A DNA stretch of 64,000 nt from an uncultured Alphaproteobacteria bacterium (GTDB taxonomy: Bacteria; Pseudomonadota; Alphaproteobacteria; CAIYWZ01): assembly GCA_964497925.1 (NCBI GenBank), contig CAZCFE010000005.1, forward strand, positions 21,071 through 85,070, given 5' to 3'. The position numbers and the translations under genes were made by a program. Of this stretch, positions 29,530 to 40,423 are shown piece after piece. The notes beneath the pieces are model-generated. The model was not told the DNA's origin, searched no databases, and was given only the letters and a program-made list of their open reading frames with translations. How positions within the stretch are numbered: the first letter of the stretch is position 1; each line of letters starts with the position of its first letter.

Positions 29530-30393
29530 ATGATTCTAGGGCATGACACTCAAATCAACTTCTTTAAAAGCAGATTCTCCTCTGGAGCCTGTCATCATGC
29601 ATGGCTTTTAAAAGGACAAAAAGGTATTGGGAAATATAAATCCGCTCTTGAATTCGCAAAGCACGTTTTAAATTGCAATATTGACCTTGCAACCAACTCC
29701 CATCCAGATCTTAAAATTATTTCTAAAAAAGAGGATAAGGCATTAAACGTAGAAGAGGTGAGAAACTCTCTTGATTTTTTAAACAAAACTACCATTGATG
29801 GAGGGTGGAAGGTTTTTTTGATTGATTCTATTGGGGATTTAAATACTCATTCTCAAAATGCCCTTCTTAAAATACTAGAGGAGCCAAGACCAAGAACCAT
29901 TTTTTTAATTGTTTTGCATGACGGCGAGAAAATGCTCTCAACAATCAAATCACGTGCCGTCCCCCTTGTTTTTGCATCTTTAACAAAGAATAACATCTTA
30001 AAATATATGAATGAAAACCATCAAAACACTCCCATAGAATATGTGCAACTTGCATGTGGATCAATTGGCAGACTTGAAGAGATGATTGTAAAAGATGGGA
30101 TTTCAGTTTATCAATTCGCTATCGATTGCATTCTTTCTGGTAAACAAATTTCTTTTTCTCAGCTTTCTATAAAACATAGCCCTTTATTTTTAGCTCAAAT
30201 GACTACAATTATCTATCATCGCCTCATTCTTTCGCACACAGGCCAAGTTTTTGAACCCATTTATAAGAATGAGAAAGATGATTTGCAAAAAATGATAAGA
30301 AAAACGGACTGGAGAAAAATAGGTTCTATTTTTGAAAATACAAAAATAGCTCAAAGTCTTCACCTTGAGCCATCCTCTGTTTTTCTTAGCTAA
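29530..30393 (+). CDS. holB: DNA polymerase III delta-prime subunit.
   Basis: 287 aa with an AAA+ clamp-loader fold (HAWLLKGQKGIGK, KILEEP). Confidence 0.7.
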   Translation: MILGHDTQINFFKSRFSSGACHHAWLLKGQKGIGKYKSALEFAKHVLNCNIDLATNSHPDLKIISKKEDKALNVEEVRNSLDFLNKTTIDGGWKVFLIDSIGDLNTHSQNALLKILEEPRPRTIFLIVLHDGEKMLSTIKSRAVPLVFASLTKNNILKYMNENHQNTPIEYVQLACGSIGRLEEMIVKDGISVYQFAIDCILSGKQISFSQLSIKHSPLFLAQMTTIIYHRLILSHTGQVFEPIYKNEKDDLQKMIRKTDWRKIGSIFENTKIAQSLHLEPSSVFLS

Positions 30394-30412
30394 CTTGTCT
30401 TACTTTTAATAT

Positions 30413-31711
30413 TTATTTTGGAATTAGACTGATAATATGGCGCATTTCTTTTTCAAGAAGGGCCTCATCTTCGCACTCAACCATCACACGCACCAAATTT
30501 TCAGTTCCGGACTTTCGAACAGATACACGTCCCCTATCAGCTAAATTTCTTGAAATCTCATCGATTTCATTTTTAAAATTTTCATCCTGTAAAAACAATG
30601 TATTCTTAACACTTAAAGAAATTAATTGCTGTGGGATAGGTTTGAATTTACGAAAAAATGATGTTTTGTCTTTAGCAAGAACATATTTATTTAAAACGTG
30701 CAAAGCAACTAATAAGCCATCACCCGTTGGGCTGTAATCACGCATAATGATATGTCCTGATTGTTCTCCTCCCAAGGAGTGCCCATTTTCAACCATGGCT
30801 TTATAAACATTCTTATCGCCAACTGATGTGCGAATAAATCCAACACCTTTTTGGGTGAAATACCTCTCAAGTCCAAGATTAGACATAATTGTAGCAACGA
30901 CTGTTTTTTCAAAATCATCAGCTAAAATTGCAATAATTTGATCGCCATCTACAAGAGCCCCAGTGCGATCTATAAACAACAGTCTGTCACCATCTCCATC
31001 AAAAGCAATACCTAAATCACATTTTTTTTCTTTAACAATCTTGCAGATTTCTTCAGGGGATGTTGATCCAACCTTATGATTGATATTTACACCATTTGGT
31101 TCAACGCCAATAGCTATAACTTTGGCTCCGTAAAACTTTAAAATTTCAGGGGCTATTTTATACGTAGATCCATGTGCACAATCCAAGGCAATTTTCATCC
31201 CTTTTAAATTCAGCCCTTCATGAAACATAGATTTAAGATAATTCATATAAGGTGCTTCATAAGAAGCTGTTTGATAGCACCCTGCCTTTACGGGCTCTTC
31301 TTTAATACATACAGATAAAAGTTTTTCAATCGCTTCTTCTTGCTCATCTAAAAGTTTAGATCCGTCACTTTTAAAAAGTTTAATACCGTTGTCTATAAAA
31401 ATATTATGTGATGCAGAAATCATCACGCCTAAAGTTGCATTTAAATGCTTTACCATAAATGACAAAGCAGGCGTTGTAGTAACGTCAATATCAATCACAT
31501 TCACACCAACTTTTAAACATTCCTGTGTAAATAGATTTTGAATAATAGGGCTAGAATAACGTGGATCGTGCCCAATGACAACTGATGCATTTTTCTCATG
31601 ATGTTTAAGCCAAGAACAAATCGCGCGGGCAAGCAAAACAATGGTAATATCATCCATTGGATAAAGACCGTATTCACCCCGCACACCATCAGTGCCAAAT
31701 ATTTTCTTCAT
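30413..31711 (-). CDS. glmM: Phosphoglucosamine mutase.
   Basis: 432 aa with N-terminus MKKIFGTDGVRGE and the active-site segment SASHN. Confidence 0.9.
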   Translation of the reverse strand: MKKIFGTDGVRGEYGLYPMDDITIVLLARAICSWLKHHEKNASVVIGHDPRYSSPIIQNLFTQECLKVGVNVIDIDVTTTPALSFMVKHLNATLGVMISASHNIFIDNGIKLFKSDGSKLLDEQEEAIEKLLSVCIKEEPVKAGCYQTASYEAPYMNYLKSMFHEGLNLKGMKIALDCAHGSTYKIAPEILKFYGAKVIAIGVEPNGVNINHKVGSTSPEEICKIVKEKKCDLGIAFDGDGDRLLFIDRTGALVDGDQIIAILADDFEKTVVATIMSNLGLERYFTQKGVGFIRTSVGDKNVYKAMVENGHSLGGEQSGHIIMRDYSPTGDGLLVALHVLNKYVLAKDKTSFFRKFKPIPQQLISLSVKNTLFLQDENFKNEIDEISRNLADRGRVSVRKSGTENLVRVMVECEDEALLEKEMRHIISLIPK

Positions 31712-31713
31712 AA

Positions 31714-33642
31714 TTATACTCCAGGTTCAGGAGTCGGCTCTAGCGTATCAGAATCTTTTTTACGTCGCTTCGTTAAATCAAGGGTTGAGATTTCCTCACG
31801 TTGATCTTTTGTCGGCATATCTTGCACACGGTCGAGCTTTCCTCCAGTTAAAAGGATCTGGATCTCTTCTCCAGATAATGTCTCATACTCTAACAAAGAG
31901 GATGCCAGCAAATCAAGCTGTTTTTTATTTTTTTTCAATATTTTTTCAGCTGTAACATAACATGCGTCCACAATAAATTTAATTTCTTGATCAATCAATT
32001 GCGCTGTTGACTCAGAAAGATTTTTTTGCTGCGTGACTGAATGCCCCAAAAAGACTTCTTGGGAAGATTGTCCATAACTTAAAGGCCCCAAAACATCGCT
32101 CATCCCCCACTCTGTCACCATACGCCGTGCCATTTCTGTTGCCATTTTTATGTCTGACGAAGCACCCGTGGTAACTTTGCTTTTTCCAAAAATCATTTCT
32201 TCTGAAATGCGGCCTCCCATCGCAACAGCAATATCAGCTAAGATTTTTGCTCTAGACATCGAAATACGATCACGTTCAGGTAATCTCATAACCATCCCAA
32301 GAGCCCTTCCTCTTGGTATAATTGTGGCTTTATGAATGGGATCGGAATCCTCTAAGTGAAACGCGACCAAAGCATGGCCACCCTCATGATAAGCTGTTAA
32401 GCTTTTTTCATCATCACTCATAGACAACGACCTTCTTTCAGCACCCATCATAATTTTATCTTTGGCAAGCTCAAAGTGCTCCATCGTGATTAAATTACGA
32501 TTTTGACGCGCAGCAAGCAAGGCAGCCTCATTGACCAAATTTGCAAGATCCGCACCTGAAAAACCTGGGGTTCCTCTGGCAACAACCTTTAGATCCACAT
32601 TTTGATGAAGAGGCGAGTTTCTCGCGTGAACTTTTAAGATTTTCTCTCTTCCAACCAGGTCAGGATTTGGGACTTCGATTTGACGATCAAATCTCCCCGG
32701 ACGCAACAGTGCCGGATCCAACACATCGGGTCGGTTTGTCGCTGCAATAATAATCACGCCTTGATTCCCATCAAAGCCATCCATCTCAACCAACATCTGG
32801 TTAAGCGTTTGTTCCCGTTCATCGTTCCCACCGCCAAGGCCTGCTCCACGATGGCGACCAACCGCATCAATTTCATCAATAAAAATAATACATGGTGCGC
32901 TTTTACGCCCTTGTTCAAACATATCGCGCACACGACTAGCCCCAACTCCTACGAACATTTCAACGAAATCGGATCCCGAAATACTAAAAAATGGAACATT
33001 CGCTTCACCGGCTATTGCCTTTGCTAGCAATGTTTTCCCCGTGCCGGGAGGCCCAATCAGCAAAACACCTCTTGGGATTTTCCCGCCAAGTTTATGGAAT
33101 TTTTTGGGAGATTTTAAAAAGTCTACAATTTCTTCCAAATCTTCTTTTGCTTCATCAATTCCCGCAACATCATTAAACGTTACTGTATTTTTACCTTCTT
33201 CCATAAGCTTTGCTTTTGATCGTCCGAACCCCATAGACTTGCCAGCACCTCCATTCATTTGGCGCATAAAGAAAATCCACACACCAATCAAAAGAAGCAT
33301 CGGAAACCAAGAAAGCAAAACTTGGAATATAGAGGGCATATCTTCATCCATGGGAACAAACCGTACACGGACATTTTTTTCTTGCATCTTGTCTGCAAAT
33401 ATTTGTGGACTTCCAATTTGAGTGGAAAAAGAACGACCATCAGTCAACTTTCCAAGTGCTATATTACCCTTAACATCCACTTCAGAAATAGACCCTTGGC
33501 CTGCTAAGTTTATCACTTCAGAGTAAGGAAGGCTGTTATACACTTGCTTTCCTCCGCTTTGGTACGAATTAACCACAAATAAAAGTCCGGCAAATACCGC
33601 AACCCAAATCAGTAAATTCTTTAAAAAATTATTATTTTCCAC
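31714..33642 (-). CDS. ftsH: ATP-dependent zinc metalloprotease FtsH.
   Basis: AAA motif GPPGTGKT and the HEGGH zinc site. The probable GTG start at 33642 has GGAG 7 nt upstream and gives [14 protein letters not shown]. The listed ORF end 33726 would overlap tilS. Confidence 0.9.
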   Translation of the reverse strand: MENNNFLKNLLIWVAVFAGLLFVVNSYQSGGKQVYNSLPYSEVINLAGQGSISEVDVKGNIALGKLTDGRSFSTQIGSPQIFADKMQEKNVRVRFVPMDEDMPSIFQVLLSWFPMLLLIGVWIFFMRQMNGGAGKSMGFGRSKAKLMEEGKNTVTFNDVAGIDEAKEDLEEIVDFLKSPKKFHKLGGKIPRGVLLIGPPGTGKTLLAKAIAGEANVPFFSISGSDFVEMFVGVGASRVRDMFEQGRKSAPCIIFIDEIDAVGRHRGAGLGGGNDEREQTLNQMLVEMDGFDGNQGVIIIAATNRPDVLDPALLRPGRFDRQIEVPNPDLVGREKILKVHARNSPLHQNVDLKVVARGTPGFSGADLANLVNEAALLAARQNRNLITMEHFELAKDKIMMGAERRSLSMSDDEKSLTAYHEGGHALVAFHLEDSDPIHKATIIPRGRALGMVMRLPERDRISMSRAKILADIAVAMGGRISEEMIFGKSKVTTGASSDIKMATEMARRMVTEWGMSDVLGPLSYGQSSQEVFLGHSVTQQKNLSESTAQLIDQEIKFIVDACYVTAEKILKKNKKQLDLLASSLLEYETLSGEEIQILLTGGKLDRVQDMPTKDQREEISTLDLTKRRKKDSDTLEPTPEPGV

Positions 33643-33664
33643 AAAATTGCTCCATTTATATTTT

Positions 33665-34861
33665 TCAAGAAACTTCGAAAGGAAGAAAAGCAAGAGGTCT
33701 TGAAACCGTTGACATAATCTCCACAATCCACCCTTTCCTTTTGATGCACTCCAAATTGTACTCTAAATCTTCCAAAAACACAAATAAATCCTCCAAAAAA
33801 ATACAAGGCAAAGCAGATTTTGTTTTAGAAAATAAGAAGTTTACCCTTGGCGATTTTTTCACGTGCATGCACTCATTCCAATGCAAAGTTTTTAATAACA
33901 AACTCCCGTTCCCTGTTTTTTGAATTTTTAATTCATATCCCCCAAAGATAAAAATCCCCGAATTCAAAATTTCCATAGAAGACGAGCTTTGCTTCTCAAA
34001 AGAAACATATAAAATCTTCTCTTTCCAAAACCAATACAAACCATATGAGGCAATTGTTTTTTTGCTTAAAATTCTCTTTGTTGTTTGAGTTTTAAAAAAC
34101 CCTTTATACCCCATAATTCTGGCGATTTTTTCTATAAAGATCTCTTGCATGAAATAGGGAATATAAGAAAAAGAAAAATCTACTTTTACCACATCTGGCG
34201 TTTCCCAAGAAACGTGCCTATTGGTCAACGCAAGAACAAAATTCTCTGCGTAAGACCTTAGCGCTCCAATCAAACGAATGAAATGTAAATAGCCTTCTTG
34301 CTCTTGCACACGTCTTGCCTGCGTTCTTAAATATTTCATATTTTCATTAGATGGGTCTTGTGCGTATGGGGTATCTTTTAAGAAATCCATCAACTCAAGC
34401 TTAGAAAACCCAAGTAGCGGCCTTGCAAGAATCACCCCTCTATTTTCAGATAAAGAGCTCATTGAAGCAAGCCCCATTAAGCCACTTTTCTGCCAAACTC
34501 GCATAATAAAAGTTTCAATTAAATCATTTTGATGGTGCCCAAGAAAGAGAATGTCTATATCGTTTTGAACACAAAAATCCAGTAATAATTCATACCTTGC
34601 AGATCTTGATTCGTCTTGGGTTTTGGTCCCTTTTGGTTTCCATCTTAATATGTGGTGTGGTAGATTTAAAGATAGGCAAAAAAGAGCCACATTGAAGGCC
34701 TCATCCTTTGATTCAGGTCTTAATCCATGATCTACAGTCAAAACAACAATATTGGGATGATTTTTAAGCATTACCAAAAGAGCCATGCTATCAGGGCCCC
34801 CTGACACAGCAACAGCAATTTTTTTATTTACAATTAAGGAGCTGAATTTGCTTGGTAGCAT
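33665..34861 (-). CDS. tilS: tRNA(Ile)-lysidine synthetase.
   Basis: PP-loop SGGPDS near the N-terminus. The C-terminal tail is poorly conserved. Confidence 0.8.
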   Translation of the reverse strand: MLPSKFSSLIVNKKIAVAVSGGPDSMALLVMLKNHPNIVVLTVDHGLRPESKDEAFNVALFCLSLNLPHHILRWKPKGTKTQDESRSARYELLLDFCVQNDIDILFLGHHQNDLIETFIMRVWQKSGLMGLASMSSLSENRGVILARPLLGFSKLELMDFLKDTPYAQDPSNENMKYLRTQARRVQEQEGYLHFIRLIGALRSYAENFVLALTNRHVSWETPDVVKVDFSFSYIPYFMQEIFIEKIARIMGYKGFFKTQTTKRILSKKTIASYGLYWFWKEKILYVSFEKQSSSSMEILNSGIFIFGGYELKIQKTGNGSLLLKTLHWNECMHVKKSPRVNFLFSKTKSALPCIFLEDLFVFLEDLEYNLECIKRKGWIVEIMSTVSRPLAFLPFEVS

Positions 34862-35510
34862 TATCTCTCAAATCGACTGAAATACTGGGAAGAGAAAGTA
34901 ACTTTTTCAAAGCAACACAAGCCTGGTCTGGTTTTTTTAATTCACTCAAAGTCAAAGATAAAATCCAAATCGCACGGGGCTCTTCAGGGGAATCTTTGTA
35001 TTCTACTAGCCCTTTTTTAATCAAAGAAATTGCTTTTTCATATTCTTTTTGAGAGTAATAATAATCAGCCAAGAAAAAATACGCCTTGGCGGCTAATGCA
35101 TGAGCCTTGTGTGTTTTCGTGAAATTTTTTATAATATTTTCGATATCAGGATCTTTTTGAATTGCAAGCTGTTTTATTTTTTCAAACTCACTCACAGGAT
35201 CCCCTTCACTTGCACTCTCAGGCAAAGTTTCATGAAAATCCAAAGACTTCTCTTTTATCTCCCCTGCAAGGTTTGAATTGTTGGAAGATCTTAATATTTC
35301 AATAAGTTTTTCCAGACGATCAACTTTTTCTTCTAATGTGCGAATTTTATCGTGAACATCTCCCAACGAAGGAACGCCATCTTCAGGAACAATATCTGGA
35401 GGTAGAATACTCGTTGCCTCTTGATCAGACACATTTTGAATTGCTTTTTCAATAACATTAGCATCTAATGGGACAGCAAAAAAAGAAAGAAAGAAAATTA
35501 TATATATCAT
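34824..35510 (-). CDS. cpoB: Tol-Pal system protein CpoB/YbgF-like.
   Basis: A signal peptide, a coiled-coil region and a C-terminal TPR (YFFLADYYYSQKEYEKAISLIKKGL). It lies directly downstream of pal. Confidence 0.6.
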   Translation of the reverse strand: MIYIIFFLSFFAVPLDANVIEKAIQNVSDQEATSILPPDIVPEDGVPSLGDVHDKIRTLEEKVDRLEKLIEILRSSNNSNLAGEIKEKSLDFHETLPESASEGDPVSEFEKIKQLAIQKDPDIENIIKNFTKTHKAHALAAKAYFFLADYYYSQKEYEKAISLIKKGLVEYKDSPEEPRAIWILSLTLSELKKPDQACVALKKLLSLPSISVDLRDNATKQIQLLNCK

Positions 35511-35524
35511 TTTTTGAAAACTTT

Positions 35525-35556
35525 AAAAAAATCGGCTTTTGGATTACCAAAAGCCG
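35525..35556 (-). terminator. Rho-independent terminator downstream of pal.
   Basis: A perfect 10-bp inverted repeat CGGCTTTTGG/CCAAAAGCCG with loop ATTA is followed on the - strand by a T7 run. It sits 27 nt after the pal stop. Confidence 0.55.
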
Positions 35557-35582
35557 AAATATATTCAAAAGCTATAATACGC

Positions 35583-36047
35583 TTATTGAGCAACTGTTAC
35601 AGCGCGACGGTTCTTACCGTGAGCTGCCTCATCGTTACCAAGATCAGCTGGACGACCTTTACCATAGCTTACGATTTCTGCGCGTGTTGGAGCAACGCCC
35701 AATGCTGTCAAGTAGTTATGAGCTGCCTTAGCGCGTCTTTCACCAAGACCCATGTTATAAGCTTCAGATCCGCGAACGTCACAATGTCCTTCGATGACAA
35801 TTTTTTGTTCTGGACGAGCATTCAAATAACCTGCTTGTTGTGTTAATGTTTTTTGCCCTTCAGCAGTAACATCTGATTTATTAAGAGCGAAGAATACGCG
35901 ATCGCCATTCGGTCCCATTTGAGAAATGAAATCAGTTCCGACATTACCCATACCAGCTTTTGATGAGCTATCAGAAGGAACATCACTACAAGAAGCCAAA
36001 ACTCCTGCTACAACTAAAGAAACTATTGTTTTTGTATTAAAACGCAT
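35583..36047 (-). CDS. pal: Peptidoglycan-associated lipoprotein.
   Basis: Lipobox LASCS and a C-terminal OmpA-like domain ending GKNRRAVTVAQ. Confidence 0.85.
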   Translation of the reverse strand: MRFNTKTIVSLVVAGVLASCSDVPSDSSSKAGMGNVGTDFISQMGPNGDRVFFALNKSDVTAEGQKTLTQQAGYLNARPEQKIVIEGHCDVRGSEAYNMGLGERRAKAAHNYLTALGVAPTRAEIVSYGKGRPADLGNDEAAHGKNRRAVTVAQ

Positions 36048-36313
36048 TTTTATTATTACCTTTCATTTATTAACTTACATAAGTTTTCGCATTTTTAGCA
36101 GGGCCACATAACGACCCTTTTACTTAAACCTTTACACTTTTTATCACAAAACCCCTCCATTTGTAATCTTTTTTTCATATAAATAAACACCCCTTGACTT
36201 ATTCCTCCTTGTGTGTTGCATATAAACAACATTTTTTTGCATTATTATCTTGAAATTTATCTTTTTTTAATAGATAGTTAACTTGTGCAAACTTAATCAA
36301 CAGAGGTGTTACA

Positions 36314-36511
36314 ATGAATGATGAATTCTTAAAAGAACAATTAGAGCGTTTTAAACAAGAACATAAGGACCTGGACGTACAAATTACATCCCTTGCAAAT
36401 ATAGAAACATCTGACGATCTGCATATACACAGGCTCAAAAAAAAGAAATTACTCCTAAAAGATCAAATTAAAATTCTTGAGAGTAGACTTATGCCAAATA
36501 TTATTGCATAA
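36314..36511 (+). CDS. DUF465 (YdcH-like) small coiled-coil protein.
   Basis: 65 aa with the conserved EHKDLD...LKKKKLLLKDQIKILE pattern. Confidence 0.6.
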   Translation: MNDEFLKEQLERFKQEHKDLDVQITSLANIETSDDLHIHRLKKKKLLLKDQIKILESRLMPNIIA

Positions 36512-36546
36512 TTTAGCCAATTTAAAAAATCCGGAAAGGTTAAATT

Positions 36547-37710
36547 ATGTCTTTTTTATCCCTAAGAGCTCAAAGTATAAAACCATCAGCAACATTTGCC
36601 GTTGCAAAAAAAGCAAAAGATCGAAAAAGAGATGGTCTGGAGGTGTTTGACTTAAGCGTTGGAGAACCTGATTTTCCAATGCCTACATACATACACCAAG
36701 GAATTCAAAGCGCACTTCAAGGGGGGAAAACAAAGTACACAAACATAGACGGGATTTTAGAGCTTAAAACTCAAATCTGCTATAAATTTGAAAAAGAAAA
36801 CAACCTGAAATTTGATCCGGAAAATATCATCGTCTCCACAGGCGGAAAGCAAGTTCTTTTTAATGCTTTTTTAGCCACCCTTGATCCACAAGATGAGGTC
36901 ATTGTGCCTAATCCCTACTGGGTTTCTTACCCTGAAATGATTCGCTTTGCGCAAGGAACAGTCATAAACTGCCCCGCGAACGAAGAATTCAAAATCACCC
37001 CAGAAACGCTCATTAAATGCATCACTCCAAAAACAAAATGGTTAATTTTAAATTCTCCCTCAAACCCCACTGGAGCTGTTTATAGTGAAAATGATTTGAA
37101 AGAATTATCCAAAGTGTTATTAGAGAATCCTCATGTTTGGATTATGACAGATGATATCTATGAGCATTTAATCTATGACGATTTAAAGTTTTATAATATA
37201 CTTAATGTTTGCCCTGAACTTCAATCACGAACACTTATCGTTAATGGCTTCTCAAAAGCATTTGCCATGACAGGACTTCGTCTTGGGTATGGAGCAGGCC
37301 CTGCCGAACTGATAAAAGCCATGACCACGATCCAATCACAATCAACCTCCAACGCAAGCTCTTTAATCCAATATGCTGGTCTTTGCGCCCTTCAAGGGGA
37401 TATGGGGTTCCTACACAGCTGGAGAGAGGATTACCAAAAAAGACGTGATTTATGCCTTGAAATATTAAGAGAAAGCCCTCACCTTTCCATTCAAAAACCC
37501 CAAGGGGCATTCTATGTTTTACCAAAACTAATCGACCTCTTGGATGATACAGAGTTCGCGGTAAGTCTGCTAGAAGAAACAGGCGTAGTTGTTGTGCCAG
37601 GATCCGCTTTTGGCGCTCCAGGCCATTTTAGGATATCATTCTCAGTTGCCCAAGAAACCCTTCAAGAGGCATGTACTAGAATCGTTCGCTTCTTGTCTAA
37701 AAATCTTTAA
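36547..37710 (+). CDS. Aspartate/aromatic aminotransferase (class I).
   Basis: 387 aa with motifs NPTGAVYS and the PLP-lysine segment SKAFAMTGLRLGY. Confidence 0.85.
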   Translation: MSFLSLRAQSIKPSATFAVAKKAKDRKRDGLEVFDLSVGEPDFPMPTYIHQGIQSALQGGKTKYTNIDGILELKTQICYKFEKENNLKFDPENIIVSTGGKQVLFNAFLATLDPQDEVIVPNPYWVSYPEMIRFAQGTVINCPANEEFKITPETLIKCITPKTKWLILNSPSNPTGAVYSENDLKELSKVLLENPHVWIMTDDIYEHLIYDDLKFYNILNVCPELQSRTLIVNGFSKAFAMTGLRLGYGAGPAELIKAMTTIQSQSTSNASSLIQYAGLCALQGDMGFLHSWREDYQKRRDLCLEILRESPHLSIQKPQGAFYVLPKLIDLLDDTEFAVSLLEETGVVVVPGSAFGAPGHFRISFSVAQETLQEACTRIVRFLSKNL

Positions 37711-40259
37711 ACCAGAGCTCTGAATACTTTCAACAAAACTCCTTGGTGACGATATTGATCAATTTCTTCTTCTGTATCAAGACAGCATATCAAAGAAAAC
37801 TCCCTAAGCTGATTGTCCGCTGAAATGATTTGTAACTTGACTCTTTTCTTCACAGATAGACCCGACTCAAGGCCGATGATATTGATCTTTTCATTGCCCA
37901 AAAGCTGTAAATCATGTCGCGACTGCCCTTGATCAAAAAGTAATGGTAAAATCCCCATTCCCACAAGGTTAGACCTGTGAATTCTCTCAAAGCTTTGCGC
38001 AACAACGGCTTTCACACCAAGCAACAAAGACCCTTTCGCTGCCCAATCCCGTGACGAGCCAGTTCCATATTCCTTTCCAGCAAAAATCACCAAAGGCGTA
38101 TTGTATAAATTTGCAACATCATAAATACTTTGAACATCACCAGAGTCATGAAATCTTGAGAAACCCCCTTGAATTTGAGGGGTCATTTCATTTTGAATTC
38201 TGGTATTGGCGAACGTGCCACGCACCATCACTTCGTGATTTCCACGACGCGATCCATATGAGTTAAATTCAACTTCATCCACGCCTTTTTCACTTAAGTA
38301 CTTTCCCGCTGGGCTGCTTTTTTTGATCGAGCCTGCAGGGGATATATGATCCGTGGTAATGCTATCTCCAAAAATCGCCAATATATTCGCATTTTTTATG
38401 TCCCTTACCTCAAAAGGGGTGAGTTTTGCCCCGTCAAAATAAGGAGGGCACTGAATATACGTGCTATCTTGGTCCCAAGCATATGTTAGGCTTTCTTGAG
38501 TCTGGATTGCCTTCCACGCATCATCTCCTTCAAAAATGTGATCATATTTTTTACAAAATTGATCACTTCGAAGTACTCGCTCAATAACAGAACGCACTTC
38601 TTGATCTTGCGGCCACACATCTTTTAAATAAACAGAATTCCCCTTATCATCTTCCCCCAAAGGATCTTGCGCAAGGTTCACCATCATATTTCCAGCCAAT
38701 GCATATGCAACAACAAGAGGGGGAGATGCTAAATAATTTGCCTTTACCTGTGCATGTATACGTCCTTCAAAATTACGATTCCCGGATAAAACAGCTGCCA
38801 CGGTTAAATTCTTTTCATCAATCAATTTGGCCACATCCTCAGAAAGAGGCCCCGAGTTTCCGATACATGTTGTACAGCCATGCGCCACAATAGAAAAACC
38901 CATCGCATCCAAGTCTGCTTGCAGCCCAGATTCAGTTAAATATTGACCAACAACCTGCGATCCTGGAGCAAAAGATGTTTTTACCCATGGCTTCACCTTA
39001 AGACCTAATGCTCTTGCTTTACGCGCAACCAGACCTGCTGCAATCAAAACATAAGGGTTGGATGTGTTGGTGCAGCTTGTAATTGCAGCAATGACGATAC
39101 TTCCCTCCCCCATTTTTTCCACATTCACATCGTTTAATAATGGAAAAGATGATGGCACATCTTTTAATAAAACTCGATCTTGCGGCCTTTTTGGACCGGC
39201 AAGGCATGTTTGAATTGATGCTAAATCACACTCAACCACCTCATCAAAAGCATCATCTGATAATTCTTGATACCACAAACCTTGCTCTTTAGCGTAGGCC
39301 TCAACAAGCTTTACGTGATGATCAGAGCGTCCAGTGATTTTTAAATATTCGATAGTTTCTTGGTCTATCGGACAATATCCACAAGTAGCGCCATATTCAG
39401 GCGCCATATTTGCCAACGTTGCACGGTCGGGCAAAGAAAGCTTTTCATACCCCTCTCCATAAAACTCAACAAATTTTCCAACAACACCTTTTGCACGAAG
39501 CAATTGAGTGATCGTTAAAACAAGATCTGTTGCCATCACCCCTTCTGGTAATTTACCTTTAAGTTTCACACCTACCACTTTTGGAATCATCATATAAATT
39601 GGAGATCCCAGCATCACTGCTTCTGCTTCTATTCCCCCAACTCCCCAACCTAACACACCAAGCCCATTAACCATAGTCGTATGGGAATCTGTACCCACCA
39701 CGGTATCCATATAAACTTCTTTATCTTTAGAAACCCAGGCAACCTTAGCCAAATATTCTATATTAACCTGATGACAAATCCCAACACCAGGGGGCACAAT
39801 TCTCATATTATCAAAAGCCCTTTGCGCCCATTTAAAAAAAGTATATCGTTCTTGATTGCGCGCATACTCAAGTTTCATATTTTTAGAAAAAGAATCCATC
39901 CCTCCTGAAAAATCAATCATCACCGAATGGTCAATCACCAAATCAACAGGTTTTAAAGGGTTTACTTTTCGCGCATCCCCTCCCACGTTAGCGACAGCAT
40001 CTCGCATTGCAGCCAAGTCAGCCACAGCCGGAATGCCGCTAAAATCCTGCATCAAAACACGCGTGGGGGAAAATGGAATTTCAATCTCACTTTTGTTTAA
40101 AATTCCATCTATCATTTCTTTATCTGGATTTAATCTGATGATATTTTCAAGTAAAACGCGAAGAGAAAATGGGATTTTTTTTAAACTATCCGGCCGAACA
40201 AAATCCTTTATTTGGACAAAACGATAAATCTCTCCATCAATATTTATTTCTCTAAGCAT
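37707..40259 (-). CDS. acnA: Aconitate hydratase A.
   Basis: 850 aa with Fe-S ligand cysteines (CTNTSNP, CTTCIGNSG) and the swivel-domain SR motif. Confidence 0.93.
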   Translation of the reverse strand: MLREINIDGEIYRFVQIKDFVRPDSLKKIPFSLRVLLENIIRLNPDKEMIDGILNKSEIEIPFSPTRVLMQDFSGIPAVADLAAMRDAVANVGGDARKVNPLKPVDLVIDHSVMIDFSGGMDSFSKNMKLEYARNQERYTFFKWAQRAFDNMRIVPPGVGICHQVNIEYLAKVAWVSKDKEVYMDTVVGTDSHTTMVNGLGVLGWGVGGIEAEAVMLGSPIYMMIPKVVGVKLKGKLPEGVMATDLVLTITQLLRAKGVVGKFVEFYGEGYEKLSLPDRATLANMAPEYGATCGYCPIDQETIEYLKITGRSDHHVKLVEAYAKEQGLWYQELSDDAFDEVVECDLASIQTCLAGPKRPQDRVLLKDVPSSFPLLNDVNVEKMGEGSIVIAAITSCTNTSNPYVLIAAGLVARKARALGLKVKPWVKTSFAPGSQVVGQYLTESGLQADLDAMGFSIVAHGCTTCIGNSGPLSEDVAKLIDEKNLTVAAVLSGNRNFEGRIHAQVKANYLASPPLVVAYALAGNMMVNLAQDPLGEDDKGNSVYLKDVWPQDQEVRSVIERVLRSDQFCKKYDHIFEGDDAWKAIQTQESLTYAWDQDSTYIQCPPYFDGAKLTPFEVRDIKNANILAIFGDSITTDHISPAGSIKKSSPAGKYLSEKGVDEVEFNSYGSRRGNHEVMVRGTFANTRIQNEMTPQIQGGFSRFHDSGDVQSIYDVANLYNTPLVIFAGKEYGTGSSRDWAAKGSLLLGVKAVVAQSFERIHRSNLVGMGILPLLFDQGQSRHDLQLLGNEKINIIGLESGLSVKKRVKLQIISADNQLREFSLICCLDTEEEIDQYRHQGVLLKVFRALV

Positions 40260-40423
40260 AAAAACCCCCTAAATTTCAGTAATTACTTACAAGTAAAGCA
40301 CAGTTTTTCTCAAAAGTCAAAATACCCGATAGAGACAAATAGATACCAAGTTTTAAATTAAGTTGTAGTTTTTAATTTTTTTTGATAGTTTTAACGCACA
40401 AATCAAAATACACAAGGGAACTT

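Noticed and set aside
40300-40312. A near-palindrome TACTTACAAGTA upstream of mfd, considered as a possible operator.
   Set aside because: It is short, AT-rich and unsupported by any known motif, so it is likely chance.
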